A DNA stretch of 64,000 bases from Saprospiraceae bacterium (lineage in GTDB: Bacteria; Bacteroidota; Bacteroidia; Chitinophagales; Saprospiraceae), in the NCBI GenBank assembly GCA_026982695.1, contig JALSGS010000013.1:22133-86132 (forward strand). Reading direction: 5' to 3'. The stretch's first letter is position 1, and each line of letters starts with the position of its first letter. Under the pieces are notes generated by a model, which was not told the DNA's origin, did not search any database, and saw only the letters and a list, made by a program, of their open reading frames with translations. Below, in pieces: positions 51,201 through 58,255 of the stretch. The position numbers were made by a program, and so were the translations under genes.

Positions 51201-53509
51201 TCCGAACCAAAACCAAAATCCAAATCATAGCTAACAAAACCTTCGCCTGTAGGCGTAAAGGCGATAAAAGGCATGGCAGCAAAAGCTCCATTGGCTTGTA
51301 GACCTGCAGGCAAAGCATCTGAGTCGTTCTTATCCGGGTTGGGTGCCATGCCCACATTGGCCTGAGTGAGATAAAGTGCACCGTTAAGCAATCCCGTAGT
51401 TGGATCAAATTGGCCATTCAGCCCCGCTACGATATAGTACTCATTTTGCGCAAGCAAAGTATCCGAAAATGAATATTGCCCCTGACCATCAGTAACAGTA
51501 CTGGCCAATAGGTTGCCATCAACATCGTATAGCCCAATCTGGATATTAGCCAACGCAGGCTCGCAAGGATCCTGAACACCATCATTGTTCAAATCGTGCC
51601 ATACGTGGCCCCCTACAGCCATTGGCGGCCTGCCCATTACCATTGCCTCAATTGCCCCCAGACCATTAGCCTTCGAAAATGTAGAGATCGTAGAAGTCGA
51701 CGTGCGGTACAGTACATAGCCTGGCACCTGCACCTCGCCCGTGATATTGTCCATCCAATTGACACCACCTGAATTGAACAAAGTGCTATAAGGGTCCAGA
51801 GCCGTCGTGGCTATTGCTCCAGCGCCAGGCCAGAAAGCCAAATCTCCCTGACTGGTTTCTGCATGAGGTGGCGTGGGTATGTTGTCCGCTGGCCCTTGAA
51901 AAATGTCTTGATAATAAAACTCACCACCGCCCGGCCCTTGACCATTGTTTGCACCAGCCGTAGTGAGTACGCCCGCCGTAGCATTGTGTTCCAACACCCA
52001 ATGGCCGTGCTCATAGCCCAGCCGCAACATCTCGCCACCCGAAATATTAGACATCAAGGGCATAGTGCCCGTAGGTGGCCAGTTCTTGAAACCCAATTGA
52101 TGCCCCGCACGATCCATAAAACCCACGATCATAGCACCATCAATGTCAAATGCGATGTCAGCTAATATCGGTTGAGGGTATACATAAGTAGCTCCAGCAT
52201 CACAAGTAGGGGGCGTAACGTCTAACCAGGGGTACCAACCTGGAAAGTTTTCACAGTTATTCGCATTGGACGCATATCCTTTGGGATAGCTCAAGTCAAA
52301 GCGCACTACTTCTTCAAAGGTGTCATTTGCCAAAAGGCGAAATACAATAGCCTCCAAATCGGCTGTGTCTTGGCTAATCGCAGCATCGCATACGCCGCCC
52401 ACATATACATTTCCGCGCCATGCTTTAATGGCAAAAGGACGAAAACTACCCCCATTACAGCCCGCATCGGGCAGTCCATAGGCCATTATATCGCTCAACT
52501 GAGGCGATGTATTGGGATCATCGTCACTATCTGGGTCAATGCGATATACTTTACCATCGTACAGGTTGACCACCCACAAAAAGTCTGTCACTGGATCGTA
52601 ATCCAAGCCACCCAACCCTTGCTTGCCGATAGCCCCATACGCCTCAGGGTCATTGCTCGGCCCGTCAAGTGTAAGTGGTAGGCCACGGCCCGTATTAGAA
52701 GGTAAAATCCCACAATCGATACCCAAACCTTCTAAATCTAACCATGCTTCTACTTGAGGAGCATCCGGATCGCTCATATCGATGCGATAAATACCTCCCA
52801 ACCCCAATGGCCCTAATCCTACGTGCCGCTTGACAAAGGCTGAAGCGTATAACAACTGATGGTTGCGATCCCACGCCAGTCCATAACAAGCACCCAACTC
52901 CCCTGCGCTAGCTACGTGATCGGGTGGGATGCTGTTGCCCGTAGCCGTCCAGTTAAACATCACCAATACGTCCATATCGTGAGCTTCCGAATCCTCAAGC
53001 AGCGGATCACCATTGACATAGCAAGTAGCAGCTACATTTGGATTGGGTATGGCATAATCTTGAGGGTGAGTAAAAGCTGCATTTGCCTCACAGGTAGGTG
53101 CTGTCACGATCTGTACCGACTGACTATGGTCTGCACCTGCCGGTGCATCGATATAGCCTAAACCCTCTGGAGGGATAAACTCCAATCGGTACAACGTCCC
53201 ATCGTTCAGGCCACTAAAAAAATATTGCCCTAACCCATCAGTGCGCATCGAATCGAGCAATATGCTCGCACCATCAGGACCACACTCAAACAAATATACC
53301 TGTACACCCGAAAGCGGGCTATGCTGATCATCCAAGCCATTGTAGTTGAAGTCGCCAAATACACGGCCTCCCACCACTCCCGTCCCCCCAGGACAGGGTG
53401 ACGGCAACCACATACTCGCATCAGACAGCTCTGAAATTGAAGGAGCAATGGGCAAAAAAGCACTGGTCAACAAAATCGCCATCCAGCCTACGGCAATAAG
53501 TTTTCTCAT
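45269..53509 (-). CDS. Giant modular cell-surface adhesin-like protein with a gliding-motility type-B T9SS C-terminal sorting domain
   Basis: Start trimmed to MRKLIAVGWMAILLTSAFLP (signal peptide). From N to C: one SdrD-B-like unit (GGRVFGDFNYNGLDD..); a ~450-aa globular region; 6 tandem SdrD-B/Cna-B-like units (DNA 49375-51625); 6 Cys-containing HYR-like units with the W(T)A(T/I)D.CGN/Q signature (47861-49375); 4 SprB-like repeats (C..DG.I....W.W.P, 46755-47850); a cadherin-like LANDF segment. The C-terminal GDGINDVFIIEHIELWPRNSLTIFNRWGEEVFHAHPYHNDWDGTFGGLDLPDGTYFYLLEY is the CHU_C / type-B CTD. Confidence 0.85.
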   Translation of the reverse strand: MRKLIAVGWMAILLTSAFLPIAPSISELSDASMWLPSPCPGGTGVVGGRVFGDFNYNGLDDQHSPLSGVQVYLFECGPDGASILLDSMRTDGLGQYFFSGLNDGTLYRLEFIPPEGLGYIDAPAGADHSQSVQIVTAPTCEANAAFTHPQDYAIPNPNVAATCYVNGDPLLEDSEAHDMDVLVMFNWTATGNSIPPDHVASAGELGACYGLAWDRNHQLLYASAFVKRHVGLGPLGLGGIYRIDMSDPDAPQVEAWLDLEGLGIDCGILPSNTGRGLPLTLDGPSNDPEAYGAIGKQGLGGLDYDPVTDFLWVVNLYDGKVYRIDPDSDDDPNTSPQLSDIMAYGLPDAGCNGGSFRPFAIKAWRGNVYVGGVCDAAISQDTADLEAIVFRLLANDTFEEVVRFDLSYPKGYASNANNCENFPGWYPWLDVTPPTCDAGATYVYPQPILADIAFDIDGAMIVGFMDRAGHQLGFKNWPPTGTMPLMSNISGGEMLRLGYEHGHWVLEHNATAGVLTTAGANNGQGPGGGEFYYQDIFQGPADNIPTPPHAETSQGDLAFWPGAGAIATTALDPYSTLFNSGGVNWMDNITGEVQVPGYVLYRTSTSTISTFSKANGLGAIEAMVMGRPPMAVGGHVWHDLNNDGVQDPCEPALANIQIGLYDVDGNLLASTVTDGQGQYSFSDTLLAQNEYYIVAGLNGQFDPTTGLLNGALYLTQANVGMAPNPDKNDSDALPAGLQANGAFAAMPFIAFTPTGEGFVSYDLDFGFGSDNAHPVAGIGGFVWLDDDGDGIQDVDEMGLGGVAVALYESGGSLVAQLISQSDGTYFFPNVVAGDYYLSFDATDNELGLVGLVFSPPHAGDGTNDSDADPMTGQAEVFAFDPSVGDELEIDAGFYLPKGTISGYVWADVNGNGVQEAGEEGVAGVAIQLYTDADVWVGSTVSAADGTWSLIDVMSGQYYLAFDPSTNANGVPNYQFSPQDVGDDATDSDVDPTTGTTPLFTFDPTVDPVAVFDAGLVEPQAGIGGRVWVDDDGDGLQDAAEEGVAQVTVQLLDASHSVLVQVQTDVSGNYFFSGVVLGIYYLHFDPSTNANGVPNYQFSPQDVGPDDQDSDVDPLTGNTPVFVFDPLQGDLNIDAGLVVPRAAISGRVWQDVDQDGLQGAGEQGIAGVTVELYHVDGSLLATNSSDAQGYYQFEELIAGQYVVKFDVTTNSLGISDYTPTIANAGDDTLDSDIDPVTQQTPVLTLDPLMGDLTHVDAGYVLPYGEIVGRAWLDCDADGLQDTGEDGLPGVPVMLSGNALDGMPINLSGMTDAAGNYFFSNLPAGNYEVTVAAPASPTGLAFSPQDAGNELVDSDVHSVTGSSGVLVLSGGVSVRIDVGFIDVQPPQFDQLPADEIVSCSDPQFNDPPQLTATDNLGPVVISFEETTSGTGSSGCVGDLSVVRTWTAIDQCGQTTTWTQILTVGDQMAPYILNIPDLTVECGMDVTVQIKVVDDCDASPQLTWSDEVLDEGCPQRLLRTYVATDACGNSRLGWQKLTLVDTMPPIIQWADSLLLNLPQGSATLSVACDQMPVFDEEAVVAWDDCADELDISVALWVDEVGQCDTDGYVRRQVWRWVVTDPCGNQSEAMVEVLGIDQQPPELIGVPSDQTISCTDDLPPAAVTAIDYCDEDVELLMEVFAVADGCSEKIIRQWTAIDDCGQTTQMQQVLTVVDDQPPVLVPVHSALQGINHMDSLEFSCEAPVVLSADDVMASDECSEVSVEFTEVVKAGDCSAGYLLRLVCCWTATDACDNADSLCVVVRIVDETPPELGMPPADTTVVLWADELLPAPSALAAYDACDDAPQVEYVEDTTFLSDGCDYLLTRNWTATDQCGNSMSVSQQIVVDDLCFCPDSLVQLVEIEEASCGQADGSIVLTLALPAEAYEWTWVPVFGQFENGVLSGLPAGQYLLTATVSYLDVCELKMPFEIPQQSCADTVWISMEAGGTQDVCLDDMGVLDYPGAITSATFCESGTNETVWISELVGPCFMLEVYPDFSGQQFLCVVHCTSSDCDTTWVGVQVLAPIEDCDMLQLSAEILPPNCQDEGGRIALTATGLTGPAQWQWVPAVSDSAVAEGLSSGTYSVYIVDLATGCMAQAEYELEALPPYSLDTAQLEVQHVSCPDVADGRIEWNGSEPLTVWRAGEWVGVTPLAHLPQGEYVVVGNEGGCADTVLVVIEAPLPWAVSVAIEPETCAGNDGIIGVEVLGGHGEYVFAWDPPLSTTQTLAGVSAGSAYSLTISDAAGCNYVLDSLEVPLDCPLQDSCGGGEVFAAAYLAMSVSDCDEVRAFCVPYVPVSDDELWLDGELLDVSLLPPCSWDTAVVFSLAPAWALGEAGPWMVTDWPLDGTVWAGPLDSLLALPAFVQLADPQGQWQWQPDEELLMGRRTPVGVGALRLLHVPTQSEVVLEPSLRVVPTAVSVPVPVGVHELVWRVSAGVCVDTMYLEVVCTQTEWIADTLKRGDTTTHCMPFELAGPLTNLVVTCVQCDHSELIVTESQCFEVRAWAAGADQYLLVGYDNWGLSDTLHYVLHIRDEVGPWPQANSDRDTVQVGQVAKLEVLANDFWNEPLMRLELSPVLLAQKGEVRFDGYTLVYEANRVSCGMDRVAYELCDRVGCDTAIVELWIRCPSPAPYSGFSPNGDGINDVFIIEHIELWPRNSLTIFNRWGEEVFHAHPYHNDWDGTFGGLDLPDGTYFYLLEYGQGQRQTGYVQIRR
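49375..51625 (-). repeat. In-frame tandem array of ~122-codon SdrD-B-like domain repeats inside the adhesin gene
   Basis: Protein repeats have the pattern G(G/Y)(R/F)VW.D.(D/N)G.G.Q...E.G..GV.V.LY...G........D..G.Y.F. Two adjacent units share near-identical DNA. 50205-50275 and 50571-50641 match at about 66 of 71 nt, offset by exactly 366 nt, and encode FDPSTNANGVPNYQFSPQDVG. Confidence 0.75.
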
Positions 53510-53823
53510 CTGTACAACATTGTTATTCGCATATAGCACCCAATGACATGGCCCATGCGTATACCACATGAAAAGTAGCAGCAAAACCCATTCACCAATA
53601 CCCACTAAGCGCCATACTCAGTGAGGTGATGGGGAGTAAACTGCTACTATGTAACCAGTATAGATCAAACAGGGGAGTAGAGAGCTACGCAAAAACAGAC
53701 AGCCATCCTACTACATGCAAAAACTGTGACAACCTCAAAAAAAGTTAGAAGAGATTCCAAATACAACATGCACACCTATGTGCAAACGAAAAAAACCACT
53801 ATGCCAAAAGGCACATCACAATT

Positions 53824-53857
53824 AAAAAAACCGGGCATCCTATCAAGGACAGCCCGG
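53824..53857 (-). terminator. Rho-independent terminator downstream of mini-ORF U1
   Basis: The minus strand reads CCGGGCTGTCCTTGATAGGATGCCCGG followed by TTTTTTT. Confidence 0.7.
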
Positions 53858-53938
53858 AGCTTGCCAAAGGTCATCGCCATTGCTAAGCAGGGGGGTATAC
53901 CTTTGACCATGCGACCTAATCGCGGAATTTACCGACCG

Positions 53939-54037
53939 CTACGTACGTCGGTTGGTACGCTCAATGACCAAATTGGTTAGAAGGACAACACCTCCCCCCA
54001 AGATCAAAGCGCCCATAGCCACATACAAAATCAACAT
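53939..54037 (-). CDS. Candidate 32-aa single-TM mini-protein (U1)
   Basis: Hand translation: MLILYVAMGALILGGGVVLLTNLVIERTNRRT*. It is a paralog of U2, has a similar hairpin-forming leader, and has a downstream terminator. Too short for the ORF track. Confidence 0.4.
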   Translation of the reverse strand: MLILYVAMGALILGGGVVLLTNLVIERTNRRT

Positions 54038-54516
54038 AGTGTAACCGGTTTTCAGTTGAAAAACTCAAAAGGTAGTCCGAATAACTCTTTGGCCAAGTAT
54101 TGCTACACTTGTATGTCCATGGGATGAAAATGGCAGCGAAAATCTATTCTGCCGCAAGGATGGGATAATAATCGATCTGAGGGGCAAAGGAGATGGGTCT
54201 CCTTGCTAAGCGAACAAGCCGCTACATAAAACATTCGACTTATTCATCATTTATTGAATTACAACTTCCTTGCCAAAAGTGTTTTGTGATGTAAACAAAG
54301 TAAGAGCCTTCCCCACAGACAGCTCTTGCCAATAGTGTAAATCCTTCCTCTATCGTATGCATAAAGACGCATACCCCCCGCAATAAGAACATTGCGGTGC
54401 CTTGTCCTGGCAAATTTTATGACATCGGTTTCGGAGCGCTTTCTGGGGTGTCTCGTGGGGAAGGCTATGCTCAATGGGACTGGACACGTGTTGGTAGTAG
54501 GGCCGCACAGCGCCAT

Positions 54517-54600
54517 TCAACGCCGGGCCATCTGGTTAGAAGCAACGACTACGAGCCCCCCTAATAGGAAGCCCGTCATTGCTAAATAGAGAACGAGCAT
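54517..54600 (-). CDS. Candidate 27-aa single-TM mini-protein (U2), paralog of U1
   Basis: Hand translation: MLVLYLAMTGFLLGGLVVVASNQMARR*. It shares ML(I/V)LY(V/L)AM and LGG with U1. Its leader TTTTCACAAAACGAAAACCGCTATG parallels the U1 leader TTTTCAACTGAAAACCGGTTACACTATG. Confidence 0.4.
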   Translation of the reverse strand: MLVLYLAMTGFLLGGLVVVASNQMARR

Positions 54601-54714
54601 AGCGGTTTTCGTTTTGTGAAAAAATCGTTGTACTTGCATTCGCTAATTTTGCAAAAAGTTTAGAGATGACAAAAATTATGTGGTAAAATTTCTCTTTTAC
54701 ATCGTCTCAAAAAA

Positions 54715-56484
54715 TTAATCACTGGTTAGAGTTTCGCCATCTGGCTCGAATTCCAGCAAAAGCGTTTCTAACCACCATGCCAAACTGTCATGGCGCCACA
54801 TTGCCCGTTGATCCTCTCCTCGGTAAAGTCCTCCCGTAAACCCCTCATCCAACAAATACTTCCATAGTGCCGGCCTACGACTAAAAACATGCACAGGTGT
54901 CGCATGCGCATCTACCAATTCATAGGTATGGCTAATTCCCGGCGGCTGATGGTCACCTACAACTATCAAAAGATCGTCAGGTCCCAGATGAGTTTGGGCG
55001 AACTGAGCCAACATACCTAGTTGATACGCGATGGACTGATAATAACGCTGCATCATTCCCTTAGGCAAAGCCCACCACGAGCCATGGGGGCTATGTCGTA
55101 TGGTATCGAGTAAGTGCCAGTTCGTCAACACAGGTGGTGGTAAATACCAAGGCGCATGAGAATTGGTCGTGATAAAAAACAAAAAGTCAGGACGCGGATC
55201 TGCCTGGGCGACCTTTTCAAAATAGTACTCCAAACTGTATTGATCTGGAATACCACCAAAGGGATTATAAGGATAACCTCGATATGGTATATCATCCCAT
55301 CGCAGCCAATGTGCAAATCGAAAAAACCTGTTGATTCGATCCAAGGGAATAAGCGAATCTATCGACTTATCAGCTTTCATGGTAGAGATCCGCGTAGTGG
55401 CATATCCATGCGCATTGAAAAAAGCAACCAGGTGCGGGTATACCCCCTTGTAGTCGAGTAGGCGATCGTAGTCTGCATGATGCTCAAGCCATAAGCCCGT
55501 CATCGCCGAAGTGAAGGCCAACCACGAGCGACCACCAATTACTGGTGATCGCGAATAACGCGTAGCTGTCAGAATGCCCTCGCACCGCAATTGCTCAGCC
55601 AGGCTATCCACATATGAGCGAAAACGATCTCGTGTATAAGGACTCACCGCTACCACTGATCCATATGCTTCTACAAATACCAAATACACATTAGGTTTGT
55701 ACGCCAGAGGTTTTAGCATATTGGCACGCAACAAGTGGAAAAAAGGACCTTGGTGGGCATTCACCACCTGTAAAGGGCGCATGCTCTGCCATATTCTTGG
55801 GCCAAACCACTGTACTGTCTGCCAGATACTGGGGAAATGCCCTGCCCGATACTTCCAAGTACCTGCCCCAATAAAGGCAAACATCAGTATCCACATGGCC
55901 ATAGCCCCCCTTGTAATCCGCATCCGTGCAGCCAGCCGGATCCATTTGGCATAAGCTCCTATCAAAATAACCAACAGAAACAAAAAGCCCACTATGGCAC
56001 CTATATAGATACCCGTGCGCCCCATACCTATGCCCTTTAAAAAAACAGGCAATACTTCCTTGACCAGCAAATAGTCATCAGCAAAACGGGGCTGGGCATG
56101 ATACACATTTTGGTAAAACACCCAATATGTATTGTATACAAAAAGTAATAGATAAAAGACAGCGCCCCACCACGTAGCTATATTCCACCATTTTTTTCCA
56201 TTCCACCCCAGCCATAGCAAAAAACTCAATACAGCCCAATCGCCGCACAAGCGAAAGATATCCTGGTTGTTGCGCAAAAAAAGAATGCGCAGCGTACCTA
56301 AAGTATTTCCTCCTTCCAGCGTCGTACTCGGCCAAAACGTAGCTTCTTGAGAATACAGGAGATAATTGGGCACAAACAACAAAAAGTGGAGCACACCCCA
56401 CCACAGCCAAAAAGCAATGACCGTGCGCTGCACTTGCCTAGCTTTTGCCATACCTTTTATCTTGAAGCTTTGAATACACGCCAC
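54715..56484 (-). CDS. LTA-synthase/sulfatase-superfamily (phosphoglycerol- or phosphoethanolamine-transferase-like) membrane protein
   Basis: About 5-6 N-terminal TM helices followed by an alkaline-phosphatase-superfamily domain. Candidate site residues: VFVEAYGS (metal Glu), AFTSAMTG (candidate nucleophile Thr/Ser), TTNSHAPW, VVGDHQPP (Asp-His). The alternative start MAKARQ at 56451 removes the overlap with the upstream gene. Confidence 0.7.
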   Translation of the reverse strand: MACIQSFKIKGMAKARQVQRTVIAFWLWWGVLHFLLFVPNYLLYSQEATFWPSTTLEGGNTLGTLRILFLRNNQDIFRLCGDWAVLSFLLWLGWNGKKWWNIATWWGAVFYLLLFVYNTYWVFYQNVYHAQPRFADDYLLVKEVLPVFLKGIGMGRTGIYIGAIVGFLFLLVILIGAYAKWIRLAARMRITRGAMAMWILMFAFIGAGTWKYRAGHFPSIWQTVQWFGPRIWQSMRPLQVVNAHQGPFFHLLRANMLKPLAYKPNVYLVFVEAYGSVVAVSPYTRDRFRSYVDSLAEQLRCEGILTATRYSRSPVIGGRSWLAFTSAMTGLWLEHHADYDRLLDYKGVYPHLVAFFNAHGYATTRISTMKADKSIDSLIPLDRINRFFRFAHWLRWDDIPYRGYPYNPFGGIPDQYSLEYYFEKVAQADPRPDFLFFITTNSHAPWYLPPPVLTNWHLLDTIRHSPHGSWWALPKGMMQRYYQSIAYQLGMLAQFAQTHLGPDDLLIVVGDHQPPGISHTYELVDAHATPVHVFSRRPALWKYLLDEGFTGGLYRGEDQRAMWRHDSLAWWLETLLLEFEPDGETLTSD

Positions 56485-57131
56485 CCACTGTGTATAAACG
56501 AAAGTACCACCAACAACGATGCCCCAACTAATACAGGCCGATATACCTGAGCAGATGAAATCAACGCAATGGGCATCGTGCCCATCAAGATTCCCGCCAC
56601 AACTTTACCCCATCGAAATCGAGGTTCTTGTGGTCGGCGCAAGCGCCATGGCCAAATTGCCACAAAGTAAAAATACCGCAACAGCCCTATGCCAAGAAAC
56701 CACGAGGCCATATAACCCAAATTAACCAACAACATCGCTAAAACCAATACGTACAACGCATCCGTCTCCTTGTCAAGCCAAGCACCAAAAGCCGAAACTG
56801 TGCCCGACCTACGAGCCCACCAACCGTCCATGCCATCAGTAATAAACACCATCATAGCCCCCACAGCAACCCCCCAACTACCCCACCAGTCAAACACGAC
56901 AAATAGACACAAAACAGCCAACAACCGAAAAATCGTCAACACATTCGCCCCTTGAAGGACAAAGTCCCATGAATTACGACCCCGTGATTCTGCAAAGAGA
57001 AGTATCCCTATAGAAGGGAATGCCGAAAAGGTGATTATTTCCGGCACTTCCATCCACAAAGCCAAAGCTGTACTCCCAATCATCCAGCTCGAATGAAAAA
57101 ACATCCATCGAGCATATGGCACTGCACTCAT
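56457..57131 (-). CDS. CDP-alcohol phosphatidyltransferase family protein
   Basis: Signature D(x)2DG(x)2AR(x)8G(x)3D(x)3D, read as DGMDGWWARRSGTVSAFGAWLDKETDALYV. Polytopic membrane protein. Confidence 0.85.
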   Translation of the reverse strand: MSAVPYARWMFFHSSWMIGSTALALWMEVPEIITFSAFPSIGILLFAESRGRNSWDFVLQGANVLTIFRLLAVLCLFVVFDWWGSWGVAVGAMMVFITDGMDGWWARRSGTVSAFGAWLDKETDALYVLVLAMLLVNLGYMASWFLGIGLLRYFYFVAIWPWRLRRPQEPRFRWGKVVAGILMGTMPIALISSAQVYRPVLVGASLLVVLSFIHSGWRVFKASR

Positions 57132-57343
57132 GCTTTTGCAGCATCGGGCTCAGGCATCTGGCAGGCTTCACCTGGCTTCCGACCACATACCGTACACTCG
57201 CCAATCTTGTCCTTCAACATGGGATTGTTAGTGGCACAAGTGCCGCGAAACTCTTTCCCTGTCACTATATGGCGAATGTTAATCATTAGAAAGGACAATC
57301 CGAATACCGCAAAAATGATGGCAAACACATAAAGGAATTCCAT
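57128..57343 (-). CDS. Small membrane protein with a C-terminal Cys cluster (NqrM/DUF539-like)
   Basis: 71 aa. N-terminal TM MEFLYVFAIIFAVFGLSFLMI followed by FRGTCATNNPMLKDKIGECTVCGRKPGEAC. The layout resembles NqrM (TM + F.GSCGG...C.C..C). Weak recognition only. ATGA overlap with the next gene. Confidence 0.55.
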   Translation of the reverse strand: MEFLYVFAIIFAVFGLSFLMINIRHIVTGKEFRGTCATNNPMLKDKIGECTVCGRKPGEACQMPEPDAAKA

Positions 57344-57462
57344 TATATTGCTATTTAAGCCAAAAAATCACAACTTATCACACTTCTATGCACAAAAATA
57401 CAACCACTACCACCCATAGGGGTTTACTTTTGCAGCTTTATTAGGCTAAAATAAATCATCCC

Positions 57463-58248
57463 ATGTCTACCTCCCAATATGACTCACGTATGGCCAAGCG
57501 CATAAACGCCTTTGTACGCCTTTCAAAAATCATGGATGAACTGCGCGAAAAATGCCCTTGGGATCGTAAGCAAACCTTTGAAAGCTTGCGTAGCCTTACT
57601 ATAGAAGAAACCTATGAACTGGCTGACGCCATCCTATCTGGCGACAGAGAAGCCCTAAAAGAGGAAATTGGCGATTTAAGCATGCATATGCTCTTCTACG
57701 CCCGCATCGCTGAGCAAGAAGGTGCTTTCGACATCGCCGACGCCCTCAATGCCGTTTGTGACAAGCTCATCAAACGCCACCCTCATATCTATGGCGACAT
57801 ATCAGTAACCGATGAACAGGAGGTCAAAAAAAATTGGGAACAACTCAAATTAACCGAAGGAAAAAGGTCAGTATTGGCCGGTGTACCTAAAAGCCTACCG
57901 GCCATGGTCAAAGCATGGCGCCTACAAGAAAAAACCGCCCAAGTAGGCTTCGAATGGAAACAAGTTGAGGACGTGTGGGAAAAAGTAAAAGAAGAGCTCG
58001 CAGAACTACAACAGGCCATCCAGGAAAATGCTCCCAAAACACGCATTGAAGAAGAATTGGGTGATGTATTCTTCGCCCTGATCAATTATGCGCGCTTCCT
58101 CAACATCGACCCAGAAAGCGCCTTAGAAAAAGTCAACAAAAAATTTAAAGCCCGATTTGAATACATCGAACAGCATGCACCCCGCCCTCTGCATGAAATG
58201 AGCCTTGAAGAAATGGATGCCTTGTGGAATAAAGCAAAAGATCAATAA
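57463..58248 (+). CDS. mazG: Nucleoside triphosphate pyrophosphohydrolase MazG
   Basis: Two MazG repeats: CPWDRKQTFESLRSLTIEETYELADAI..EEIGDL and EELGDVFFALINYARF. Confidence 0.9.
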   Translation: MSTSQYDSRMAKRINAFVRLSKIMDELREKCPWDRKQTFESLRSLTIEETYELADAILSGDREALKEEIGDLSMHMLFYARIAEQEGAFDIADALNAVCDKLIKRHPHIYGDISVTDEQEVKKNWEQLKLTEGKRSVLAGVPKSLPAMVKAWRLQEKTAQVGFEWKQVEDVWEKVKEELAELQQAIQENAPKTRIEEELGDVFFALINYARFLNIDPESALEKVNKKFKARFEYIEQHAPRPLHEMSLEEMDALWNKAKDQ

Positions 58249-58255
58249 TTGCACC

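Noticed and set aside
49375-51625. Repetitive DNA in the adhesin gene, considered as a CRISPR array or a DGR template/variable repeat pair.
   Set aside because: The repeats are about 366 nt, in frame and contiguous, with no spacers, and they encode SdrD-B-like domains. No reverse transcriptase or cas genes occur in the window, and the mismatches are not adenine-specific.
53726-53980. 84-aa plus-strand ORF (GTG start) in the spacer upstream of the adhesin gene.
   Set aside because: It is a highly basic, low-complexity translation that runs antisense through the U1 terminator and U1 3' end, with no motif. It is probably not a CDS, although a plus-strand antisense RNA here cannot be excluded.
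54259-54516. 85-aa minus-strand ORF whose ATG directly abuts the stop of mini-ORF U2 (TGAATG).
   Set aside because: The composition (Arg/Cys/His/Thr-rich) looks non-coding, there is no counterpart after the paralogous U1, and the region contains several hairpins (for example CCGCAAT-GTTCTT-ATTGCGG), which suggests a 3' UTR. I keep it as an open possibility only.
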